64,000 nucleotides of DNA from Promethearchaeota archaeon (GTDB lineage Archaea; Asgardarchaeota; Lokiarchaeia; Sigyniarchaeales; SOKP01), in NCBI GenBank assembly GCA_030599585.1, contig JAUVNS010000004.1, positions 64,001 to 128,000 of the forward strand, given 5' to 3'. Shown here one piece after another: positions 50,197 through 58,797 of the stretch. Below the pieces are notes generated by a model. It saw only the letters and a list, made by a program, of their open reading frames with translations. It was not told where the DNA came from and searched no databases. Each line of letters begins with the position of its first letter. Within the stretch, counting starts at the first letter, position 1. The position numbers and the translations under genes are program-made.

Positions 50197-51864
50197 ATGG
50201 CAGTAGTGTATATGCGTAAACTCGAACAAGAACCAGATAGCTACGATTCTAAATTCACAGCACTTACAAAGGGAGTAAATTTAAGCGTTAGAGAATGGAT
50301 ACTTAATAAAACTGGTAATTCTCAATCAATTCTGGAGGTTGGATGTGGGACTGGAAGCCTCGCCTCTAAAATGGCGTTAAAAGGAAATGATGTTACTGCG
50401 ATAGATATAAATTTTCAAATGATAAATCACGCAATGCAGAATTTTCCTCCAGATTTAAAGGAAGGAACGCTCTTATACCAAACTGGATCATTTTCCAACA
50501 TGCCTGTAGAAGAAAGGTCTCAAGATTTAGTCATTAGTACGTTTATGCTTTCAGAACTTCGACCTTTTGAACAACAAATCTTCCTTAGAAATGTTTGGAA
50601 AGTATTAAAACCAAATGGAAGATTATTAATCGCAGCAGAATTTATTCCAGATGGTTTTTGGAAGCTAATCTTTAAAATAAAAAGATGGAGATATAAAAAG
50701 AAACTTAGGCGTCTTAAATTAAGGAGCACTTTTCTGCTAAAATGGTTCTTTAGATATATCGAACCAATTGGATTCAAAATCAAAGCAAAAGAAGACTGGA
50801 AACACGGAACAATTCAAGCTCTCGAACTGATAAAACATGACGATATAGAAATTAATGAACCAGGATATTATCAACCTAGCCCAAAACGATTCAAAGGGAT
50901 AATATCGCAGCTAAGAATATATCGTTGCATTTACACAGGCCAAATTGATCTCGTTCCAATCGATCCTGGTATTTACAAATCTGGTAATCCTACTGAATCT
51001 TCTCCTATAATAGTGACAGCTAATTATGAATTCACCTACATCAAAGTAATGAGAGATCTTAAAGGTATTGATGCATGGGTATTATGTGTTGATTCTAACG
51101 GAATTAATGTGTGGTGTGCTGCGAGAGGAAATGATTTTGGAAATAATCAACTAATCGAGGCTGTTGAAGCTACTGGTATTGAAAGATTAACTAATAAAAA
51201 AACATTAATTCTCCCACAATTATCTGCAGGAGGAGTAGCCACTCCAGAATTGCAGAAAAAATCTAATGATTTTTCTTTTAGAGTTGTTTATGGACCTGTT
51301 TGGTCTAAAGATTTACCCGAATATCTTGAAAAACGCCCTGCTCGAAAACCCGATAGAATGAAGCTTGCTAAATTCACTCTAAAACATCGATTTCGTGGTT
51401 TTATCACGCACACAACATTTCTATTAAGAAAGATTTTCATGTTACCTCTCATAAGTTTATTCGTTGTGTTTCTTATCCTTAACTCTCTTAATATAACGGC
51501 TAAATTATGGTGGGTTGGTGAATTATTACTCTGGATAGTTACAGCAAATTTCATCATAACTTTTACATATCCGATTGCAAATTTCACTCGTCGGTTTATT
51601 ATTAAGGGAATTTTCTTTGGGACTTTGAATGTTTTTATTTTGGGAATGTTCTCTTATTTATTTCATAATTCGATATTTTTCACACTTATGAACATTAGTT
51701 TTTTCTTTTGGATTTCATTTTTTTCAACAATGTCGTTAAGTGGGTATACAATGGCTACTAGCCCTAGTGAAATACAAGAAGAGTATCCCATTTTTAGTAT
51801 TTTAAATAAAGTTTTATTAACCATAAGTTTGATTTCATTAGTGATTGGAATCGTTTTTCTCTAA
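50197..51864 (+). CDS. Fusion: class I SAM methyltransferase + HgcA-like corrinoid domain + C-terminal TM bundle
   Basis: N-terminal ILEVGCGTG..IDIN..VLKPNGRL. Then PGIY..GNP..SPIIVTANYEFT..AWVLCVDSNGINVWCAARG..LILPQLSAGGV..VVYGPV..DLPEYL, followed by about 5 hydrophobic helices. Confidence 0.88.
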   Translation: MAVVYMRKLEQEPDSYDSKFTALTKGVNLSVREWILNKTGNSQSILEVGCGTGSLASKMALKGNDVTAIDINFQMINHAMQNFPPDLKEGTLLYQTGSFSNMPVEERSQDLVISTFMLSELRPFEQQIFLRNVWKVLKPNGRLLIAAEFIPDGFWKLIFKIKRWRYKKKLRRLKLRSTFLLKWFFRYIEPIGFKIKAKEDWKHGTIQALELIKHDDIEINEPGYYQPSPKRFKGIISQLRIYRCIYTGQIDLVPIDPGIYKSGNPTESSPIIVTANYEFTYIKVMRDLKGIDAWVLCVDSNGINVWCAARGNDFGNNQLIEAVEATGIERLTNKKTLILPQLSAGGVATPELQKKSNDFSFRVVYGPVWSKDLPEYLEKRPARKPDRMKLAKFTLKHRFRGFITHTTFLLRKIFMLPLISLFVVFLILNSLNITAKLWWVGELLLWIVTANFIITFTYPIANFTRRFIIKGIFFGTLNVFILGMFSYLFHNSIFFTLMNISFFFWISFFSTMSLSGYTMATSPSEIQEEYPIFSILNKVLLTISLISLVIGIVFL

Positions 51865-51916
51865 TAAAAAATAATACAAAAATTAAAAAGAAATTGATAT
51901 TTAAGAGGTATGTATA

Positions 51917-52279
51917 ATGACTGAAGCAGAATTTAAAGCAAGTTTAAGTAAATTATCTATAAAGGATTTTAAAATATTTATAAATGAAAGCTTATGCAAC
52001 AAGTGTGGTTTATGTGCAGAAGTGTGTCCTTTTGGGCTTCCACAACAAACAGATTCCGGAAAATACGATATTAAAAATCATGAACTATGTACTGAATGTA
52101 GTGCTTGTAAGAGGAATTGCCCCGTAAATGCGATCATTATGAACGAAAAGAAGGGGTGCGGTTGTTTATGGAACGCTAGAGCAAACGCAAAAAATTCCAA
52201 ATCAGGAAATAAAGACATAAATAATTGTGGTTGTGGTCCAGAAAACGAAAGTGAAACAACTTCAAGTTGTTGCGGTTAA
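51917..52279 (+). CDS. HgcB-like 2[4Fe-4S] ferredoxin with Cys-rich tail
   Basis: CNKCGLCAEVCP, CTECSACKRNCP (cf. HgcB C(M/I)ECGAC), GCGC, terminal CGCG..SSCCG. Confidence 0.85.
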   Translation: MTEAEFKASLSKLSIKDFKIFINESLCNKCGLCAEVCPFGLPQQTDSGKYDIKNHELCTECSACKRNCPVNAIIMNEKKGCGCLWNARANAKNSKSGNKDINNCGCGPENESETTSSCCG

Positions 52280-52340
52280 AATGGTATCAAATTTTACTAT
52301 AATTTTGAACTAAAAAACATTGATTTAAAAGGTGGAAAAA

Positions 52341-52790
52341 ATGGAAAAAGAAGAAATAAAAATATCGGTTAACGAAAACCAAAATAGTCAAATAAGTTTA
52401 GAGGAATCATGCTGCGGAACGTCAAATTCTTGTTGTGGTTCATCAGATTCTTGTTGTGAGGGTTCAACTTCAAAGGAATCGCCTAATACTCAAGAAATTA
52501 ATTTGAAAGAGACAGCAAATGTAGATACGAATAAAATATCTGTAGATGTATATGTTCCTCTAAACGCTTGCGAATGCGTTTGGTCTCAATTTATGAACCT
52601 TGTATTTTCGGCACTTAGCCCTTACATGAAACACATAAGGTTTGAAACAAAAGACTTAGACTCTGACGAAGCTCGAAAACTTAATTTAAATGGAAATTGC
52701 GTTGTCGTTGATGGTACAAAGAAATACATTACTTCATTCGCATTAAAGAAAGATTTACCTGTACTTCTAAAGGAAAAAGGGCTATTATAA
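52341..52790 (+). CDS. Cys-Cys-rich ArsD/thioredoxin-like putative metallochaperone
   Basis: SCCGTSNSCCGSSDSCCEG; VDVYVPLNACEC; CVVVDG. Confidence 0.6.
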   Translation: MEKEEIKISVNENQNSQISLEESCCGTSNSCCGSSDSCCEGSTSKESPNTQEINLKETANVDTNKISVDVYVPLNACECVWSQFMNLVFSALSPYMKHIRFETKDLDSDEARKLNLNGNCVVVDGTKKYITSFALKKDLPVLLKEKGLL

Positions 52791-52833
52791 AATTAAGTTG
52801 TTTATTTTTTTCTCTATAAAAAGGTGATTTTAG

Positions 52834-53172
52834 ATTAAAAAAATTAAATTAACAATTTTTGGACCTGAAAAAGAGCTCGCAAACGGAATTGAGTACGAAG
52901 TATCTATCGAGGAAGAAGGATCGATAATTGAAGCATTGGCTGCTATAGATAGACAGCTCCTTAACAACCCCAAGCTTTCACCGTTTCCATTGTATAAAGG
53001 ACTAATTAAGAGCTATCTCCAATTAATCTGGGACCCCCAAAAAAACGCTATTTACGAAGACTGTGCAAGTAATGCCTATGGGCCGAACAAAGAGTTTATG
53101 CCTCTTCTGGATGATGTAAACTTCAACCTTTATCAGAACAGCGATATAACTCTTATAGTCCACGCCGATTGA
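52834..53172 (+). CDS. Beta-grasp (MoaD/ThiS-like) protein lacking GG, ATT start
   Basis: AGGTGA + 6 nt + ATT, directly after an in-frame TAG. Translation KKIKLTIFGPEKELANGIEYEVSIEEEGSIIEAL..NLYQNSDITLIVHAD, then TGA TGA. Confidence 0.65.
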   Translation: MKKIKLTIFGPEKELANGIEYEVSIEEEGSIIEALAAIDRQLLNNPKLSPFPLYKGLIKSYLQLIWDPQKNAIYEDCASNAYGPNKEFMPLLDDVNFNLYQNSDITLIVHAD

Positions 53173-53594
53173 TGAGCTGATAACATGAGAGAACGCTTAG
53201 ATTACGGTTCATTTAAAAGAGTAATCATGAAAAAATATGGAAAAGACCACGAAACTTTTGCTCAATACTTCATAATAAAATTAAAAAATCAAAAGCAGGG
53301 ATGATATCTTTCAATAAACTTTAGTGGAAGATTGACAACAGGATTGCCTCCTATTTGCTTTGAATTACTATTTTTTTTTAATTACATGAATAGAAAGAAT
53401 AACTCTAAATTTATACATGATTGAATTTTTAAATGATCCTTTAGGTTTCAAATACGCTATTTTCTCAAATCTCACTCAAAACATTTAAAAATTTCTAAGG
53501 AACATTAATCCCCAATTCTCTCAATTCATGAACTCAGTCGATGTGAGAAAAAAATAAAAAAAAAATTTATTTGAAAATTTATTTATTCAGGTTT

Positions 53595-55025
53595 CTAGTC
53601 GTAAAAAATTAAACCCCAATCTGGTCTTTCTATGGGTTGCATATTCACAAGTTTACCGGAAGGTTCGGCAGTAGGCCCACCATATGGATCGCTAGGATAA
53701 ATACCCACTCCGGGAACTAATATCTTTGATCCATTAAACCACTGGAGAGCAAGAGCAGTACCATATGGCCAGCCCTCTACAATGCAGTGACTGGCATCAA
53801 AGGCTGCCCATCCAGAAGATCCTTCAAGTGGATTCGCTGTTGTAATTCCTTCTAGTGCTGTTATAACCGCATCAGTATTGAGCGACTGGGACGCGTTAAA
53901 TGCATAAGCATAAGCATATATAGCGTCGTAACTACCAGTAGAAGTATAGATTGGTGAGACACCAAATTCCGCAACATAAGCATCCCAGAAATCAAGCGTT
54001 AGTGAAGTTTTATTTGTCTGAAATATTGATTCCAAACTAATTCCATATTCAACCAATCCATTAGTATCATCCCAAAAGTCGCCATCTTGCGCTAAAACAT
54101 TAATTCCGATCGGGATACAGCCGGGTTTATAAGTACCATATGAGTTCGCAAAAGTTAATCCTGCTGAACCAGAGATTATTGGGATTACTATTTGTGTATT
54201 GGAAGCATTGACAGTAGCCCAATGAGCTGCCATTTCTACCGGAGTAACATCTTGTGGAAATGCAATATCCACTCCAGTATATGTAAGATTAAAATTTGAG
54301 TTACTTGTCAGATGGTATGCCATAAGCGCTTGAAAGCCAGCAGTCCAGCTTAGATCTTCTCTCATAAACGAAAATCGGGTTACATTATGACCAGTCCCAC
54401 CATATATAAGCGGTTGAGACATTCCCGCTGCTGAACCGATTATTAATGCTATTAACTCCATTGCTAAAGCGGTTGTGTTTATCGGGTTTATTTGGAAGAA
54501 ATATTTATATGTGTCGTAATCTGAGAGAACACTTGCGCTGAAAGCTGAGGGTGCAGCACCAGTATTTATAAAGATGATCTCACTTTCCATGAATAAGCCT
54601 CGATATGCGCCTAATGCTTCGGTTCTAAATCCTCCCGTAGCGAAATGAACTTGTTTATAATTAATCAAACGTTCTACGGCAGCAACTGCTTTTGCCGGAT
54701 CGAGAATAGGATTAGCTTCGTCTGTATTTTCGTACGTAATCCCAATATAGTATGTTTTTCCTCCTATTACTATACCACCTGCTGAGTTTATCTCATATGC
54801 GGCTAACCTTGCCCCATTAAGTTGTCCTTCACCTTGTATACGCTCTGTATCACCCGAAACTCCTATTCTTATGATCTGATCTTCAGTTATATTCGTTGGA
54901 GCACCAGGAGCATCTGCAGCAGTCCATTGATATGGAGCCACAAATATCCATACAGTAACTCCAACACCAATTCCAATTACTGCGATTAGAACAATTGCTA
55001 ATATTCTTTTAGTTAAAGATTCCAT
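53595..55025 (-). CDS. Branched-chain-amino-acid-type ABC substrate-binding protein, membrane anchored
   Basis: N-terminal TM; GARLAAYEINSAGGI, GGFRTE, YDAIY; divergent from livHMGF. Confidence 0.88.
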   Translation of the reverse strand: MESLTKRILAIVLIAVIGIGVGVTVWIFVAPYQWTAADAPGAPTNITEDQIIRIGVSGDTERIQGEGQLNGARLAAYEINSAGGIVIGGKTYYIGITYENTDEANPILDPAKAVAAVERLINYKQVHFATGGFRTEALGAYRGLFMESEIIFINTGAAPSAFSASVLSDYDTYKYFFQINPINTTALAMELIALIIGSAAGMSQPLIYGGTGHNVTRFSFMREDLSWTAGFQALMAYHLTSNSNFNLTYTGVDIAFPQDVTPVEMAAHWATVNASNTQIVIPIISGSAGLTFANSYGTYKPGCIPIGINVLAQDGDFWDDTNGLVEYGISLESIFQTNKTSLTLDFWDAYVAEFGVSPIYTSTGSYDAIYAYAYAFNASQSLNTDAVITALEGITTANPLEGSSGWAAFDASHCIVEGWPYGTALALQWFNGSKILVPGVGIYPSDPYGGPTAEPSGKLVNMQPIERPDWGLIFYD

Positions 55026-55340
55026 TTTTTAATCACTTTTTTGGATAAATTTTTGTTTATATTACTGATTCAGATAAACTTTTATTTAAAGATTTAGGAT
55101 TTTTAATACAATTTAAGATTAATATGTAGAAGCCTAAACAATTTTAATGTATTCTTTAATTGAGAAATATTAAATTCTTAATTTGATGTTAGATACTCAA
55201 ACAAAAAGCTTTTTATATTATAGAAGCGAATTATTTTTATCATAATTTAGAACTTTTCTATAATTATTAGATTTGGTAAAATTTTTTAAATTTTTAAATA
55301 TTATTTGTTAAGAATTAATTAGCAAAGGTGGTTTTTTCGT

Positions 55341-56219
55341 TTGGTTGTCGAAGAAATAATAATTTATGGAGCTGTACAAGGTTCGGTATATGCCTTACTC
55401 GCGTTGGGCTACTCTTTAGTTTATGGGGTAGGCGGTATTTTAAATTTAGCTCACGGTGCTTATTACTTAATTGCATCGTATGCTTTTTATTGGACATGGC
55501 TCATAATTGCGCCAATTTTTGGAGGGATAACTGGCTTTTTTATAGGAATGGTTATAGGCTTGATTGTTGCAGCAGTAGCAGGTGTGCTTTCGTATGTTTT
55601 ACTTATTAAACCATTGAAAGAGAATGAGATTAATGTTTTAATTGGTACTTTCGCAATCGGTTTTTTTTGTGAACAGTTAGTAATCGCTTTGTACGATCCA
55701 AAAACTCATTCAATTCCCACAATTTTTAGTGAATATGTAAATATTTTTGGGAAACAAATTCAAGTACATTGGATTATAATTATTTTCGCATCTTTGATAA
55801 TCGTAACTTTAGTTACGATTTTTATAAATAAATCCAAACTTGGGAAATCTATACGAGCTGTGTCTCAAGATCCCGAAGCTGCTACGCTTATGGGTATAAA
55901 CGCTGATAGAATTCTAATGTATACTGTTACAATATCCGCATTACTTGCGGGTTTAGCCGCCGTCCTGTATGTCCCAGTCGATATAGTCGCTCCCTATAAA
56001 GGTTGGCCTATATTAACAGGTGCGATTGCCGTAGTGATTCTCGGAGGGATGGGAAGTCTCACTGGTAGTGTAGTTGGAGCATTTATTATAGGATATGCGA
56101 GAATAGCTACTAATTTTCTTATAGATCCAGTTTATTCTAGTTTAGTTCCAATATTAGTTATCCTTGTTATACTTGTAATTAGACCTCGAGGGTTATTTGG
56201 AAAAAAAGAAATCGATTAA
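55341..56219 (+). CDS. livH: HAAT ABC permease LivH
   Basis: GSVYALLALGYSLVYGV..LNLAHG, GKSIRAVSQD, VILGGMGS, RPRGLFG. Confidence 0.92.
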   Translation: MVVEEIIIYGAVQGSVYALLALGYSLVYGVGGILNLAHGAYYLIASYAFYWTWLIIAPIFGGITGFFIGMVIGLIVAAVAGVLSYVLLIKPLKENEINVLIGTFAIGFFCEQLVIALYDPKTHSIPTIFSEYVNIFGKQIQVHWIIIIFASLIIVTLVTIFINKSKLGKSIRAVSQDPEAATLMGINADRILMYTVTISALLAGLAAVLYVPVDIVAPYKGWPILTGAIAVVILGGMGSLTGSVVGAFIIGYARIATNFLIDPVYSSLVPILVILVILVIRPRGLFGKKEID

Positions 56220-56259
56220 TAAAAATGAATAAAATTACAAAGATAAGATGCATTAAAAA

Positions 56260-57303
56260 ATGTCATTAAATATTCAAAAAATCCGTAAAAAATTCAAAGG
56301 CTTCCCAACTTATTTAAAACATTGGGTTTTTACTTTTAAGGGAGGAACAACATTATTTTGCTTATTGATCCTCTTAATTTTTCCAATCATTACTCAAAAT
56401 CCTTACTTCTTAGGGATATTTGTTCTCGCAATGATATATTCTATTTTTGCAGCTAGCTGGGATTTTCTAGCAGGATTTTCAGGACAAGTTAGTTTTGGAC
56501 ATGCGATTTTCTTTGGGTTATCAGCATACGGAGTAAGTGCCACACTTGTGTTCTATAATTTTACATGGTGGGGCGCTCTTTTAGTTGGAGTATCTATAGC
56601 AGTGATTACGGGGTTTATAGTAGGGATTATATGTTTAAGACTGAAAGGACCGTATTTAGCCTTAGGAACCATGGTAATTGCTATAATGTTGATGGATTTA
56701 TTCAAAATTGGCCAGCTTAAGGATTATTTGTGGGGCGATGAAGGGATAATCAACGTTCCTCCATTATCAAGTAGTAGTACAGTAGTTTATTACACAATTT
56801 TGCTTTTTATGATAATTACCATAATAGTATTAATTCAGATTACCAAATCGAACATAGGCACGATTTTTAAATCAATTCGTGACGATGAAACTGGCGCCGA
56901 GGCTTCAGGGATCAACACTACTAAATATAAGGTTATTGCATTTATGATTAGTAGTGCATTTGCTGGGCTTGCAGGTGGTTTTTATGCTATGTACATTAGA
57001 AGCGTGGGACCTTTGATTTTTCAACCTTTGTACTCATTTTATGTGTTGATTATGGCAGCACTAGGTGGTATAGCTACGATCTCGGGGTCTGCTTTAGGAG
57101 CATTCGTATTTATTTTTCTTAGCGAAGTATTAAGAGACATGAATCAAATTGATCCAACAAATACCCTTTTAACAGCATTTTCGAACCCAGCTTTTATTTT
57201 CTCAGTATTACTTATAATTATTATTCGATTTGTCTCAGGTGGAATATTGAAACCTGCTTTAGAGCGTTTAAAAGAAGTTTGGGATATATTATTAGGAAGA
57301 TAA
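56260..57303 (+). CDS. livM: HAAT ABC permease LivM
   Basis: GQVSFGHA, LRLKGPYLA, SIRDDE..A...GIN. Confidence 0.92.
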   Translation: MSLNIQKIRKKFKGFPTYLKHWVFTFKGGTTLFCLLILLIFPIITQNPYFLGIFVLAMIYSIFAASWDFLAGFSGQVSFGHAIFFGLSAYGVSATLVFYNFTWWGALLVGVSIAVITGFIVGIICLRLKGPYLALGTMVIAIMLMDLFKIGQLKDYLWGDEGIINVPPLSSSSTVVYYTILLFMIITIIVLIQITKSNIGTIFKSIRDDETGAEASGINTTKYKVIAFMISSAFAGLAGGFYAMYIRSVGPLIFQPLYSFYVLIMAALGGIATISGSALGAFVFIFLSEVLRDMNQIDPTNTLLTAFSNPAFIFSVLLIIIIRFVSGGILKPALERLKEVWDILLGR

Positions 57304-57346
57304 ATAATTCGAAATTTAGATTATTAGTTTAGTGGTGTGTTAGAGA

Positions 57347-58090
57347 ATGGGAGTATTATTAGAAGTTAAAAATTTAACAAAAAAATATAGTGGTTTAACA
57401 GCAGTAAACGATTTTAGCTTTGAAATTCATCGTGGAGAATTCGTCGGTTTGATTGGTCCGAATGGAGCGGGAAAAACAACAATATTCAACTTAATTTCAG
57501 GATTAGTGAAACCTAGTTCGGGAACAATCAGGTTTGACGGACGTGATATCACGGGAATGAAATCATATAAGATAGTGAATCTAGGTATAGCGAGAACTTT
57601 TCAACTTGTTAGATCATTTAAATACATGACGCTTCTTGATAATATATCAGTATCCTGTCTTTCACCTCGCGGTAAAAAACTAGCAAAGCAATACGGAATA
57701 GACGAATCTGCGAGTTCAATTTTAGCAGCTGTTGGTCTTGTTGATAAAGCAAGAATACCCCCAGTTGTCCTACCTCATGGTGATTTGAGAAAATTGCAAA
57801 TTGGGAAAGCTTTAGGTACCAATCCCCAACTTTTACTATTAGACGAACCTTTTAGTGGTCTTTCTCACGAAGAACAGAAAGGTATTACAGAATTGATAAA
57901 AAGATTGCACGATGATGGGGTGACCGTTTTTATGACTGGTCATGTATTGCGTGAACTAATGCACTTAGTGCCTAGAGTAATCGCTATGCATCAAGGTAAA
58001 TATATAACAGAAGGACCTCCACAAGAGGTTGCAAACAATAAAATCGTAATGGAAGCATATTTAGGAAAAGGAAGTGAAGATCTTGCTTGA
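57347..58090 (+). CDS. livG: HAAT ABC ATPase LivG
   Basis: GPNGAGKTT, GIARTFQ, LLLDEP, EAYLG. Confidence 0.92.
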   Translation: MGVLLEVKNLTKKYSGLTAVNDFSFEIHRGEFVGLIGPNGAGKTTIFNLISGLVKPSSGTIRFDGRDITGMKSYKIVNLGIARTFQLVRSFKYMTLLDNISVSCLSPRGKKLAKQYGIDESASSILAAVGLVDKARIPPVVLPHGDLRKLQIGKALGTNPQLLLLDEPFSGLSHEEQKGITELIKRLHDDGVTVFMTGHVLRELMHLVPRVIAMHQGKYITEGPPQEVANNKIVMEAYLGKGSEDLA

Positions 58091-58787
58091 AATTAGAAAA
58101 GTTTATCATTATTATGAAAAAGCTAGAGCCCTTGAAGAAATAAACTTAACAATTGAGAAAGGAGCTCTTGATGCTGTAATTGGGCCTAACGGAGCAGGGA
58201 AATCAACGCTCCTCAGAGTCATTTCTGGGTTGGAAGAAATAGATAGAGGTAAAATTGTATTTCTAGGGGAGCGAATAGACGAGCTTAAGACTCATAAAAT
58301 TGCAAAGAAAGGAATAGCTCACTGCCCAGAGCGACGACGATTATTTTATGATATGACAGTTATGGAAAATATCCAAATGGGAGCGTATTCGTTAAAAGAT
58401 AAGAAAAAATTTAACGCCCTCTTAGCATTTATTTTTGAACTTTTCCCTCGCCTAGAGGAAAGAAAAAAACAAAGAGCAGGTACATTGAGTGGTGGAGAAC
58501 AGCAAATGTTAGCAATCGCTAGAGCGATTATAGCAAATCCAAAATTACTTCTTTTGGATGAACCTTCTTTAGGGTTAGCTCCTAAAATCAAGGATAAAAT
58601 ATTCGCTGCGATCGATTTAATTAAAAAGCAGGGGACCACGACTTTGTTAGTTGAACAAGATGCTGTGTTAGCTATGAATGTTGCTGAAAATATTCACTTA
58701 CTAGAGGAAGGAAAAATAGAAATGAGGGGAACAAAGGAAGAACTTGAGAAAGAACCTCGAATTAAAAAAGTATATTTAGGAATTTAA
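58074..58787 (+). CDS. livF: HAAT ABC ATPase LivF (start possibly TTG 58083)
   Basis: GPNGAGKST, LFPRL.ER..Q.AGTLSGGEQQMLA, DEPSLGLAP. Confidence 0.92.
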   Translation: MKILLEIRKVYHYYEKARALEEINLTIEKGALDAVIGPNGAGKSTLLRVISGLEEIDRGKIVFLGERIDELKTHKIAKKGIAHCPERRRLFYDMTVMENIQMGAYSLKDKKKFNALLAFIFELFPRLEERKKQRAGTLSGGEQQMLAIARAIIANPKLLLLDEPSLGLAPKIKDKIFAAIDLIKKQGTTTLLVEQDAVLAMNVAENIHLLEEGKIEMRGTKEELEKEPRIKKVYLGI

Positions 58788-58797
58788 GGTGATAAAA

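Noticed and set aside
50197-50830. Calling the methyltransferase domain ArsM
   Set aside because: It lacks the multiple conserved As-binding cysteines of ArsM.
53176-53450. Possible SECIS elements (ATGA...TGA pairs)
   Set aside because: No continuous helix could be built above the GA/GA core for the candidates near 53185, 53386 or 53417.
47866-55252. TATCATAATTTAGAA from the tandem repeat recurs at 55238-55252, as if it were an att or target-site duplication around the ars/hgc cassette
   Set aside because: 15-nt AT-rich match; no integrase or transposase; the span would split livK from livH.
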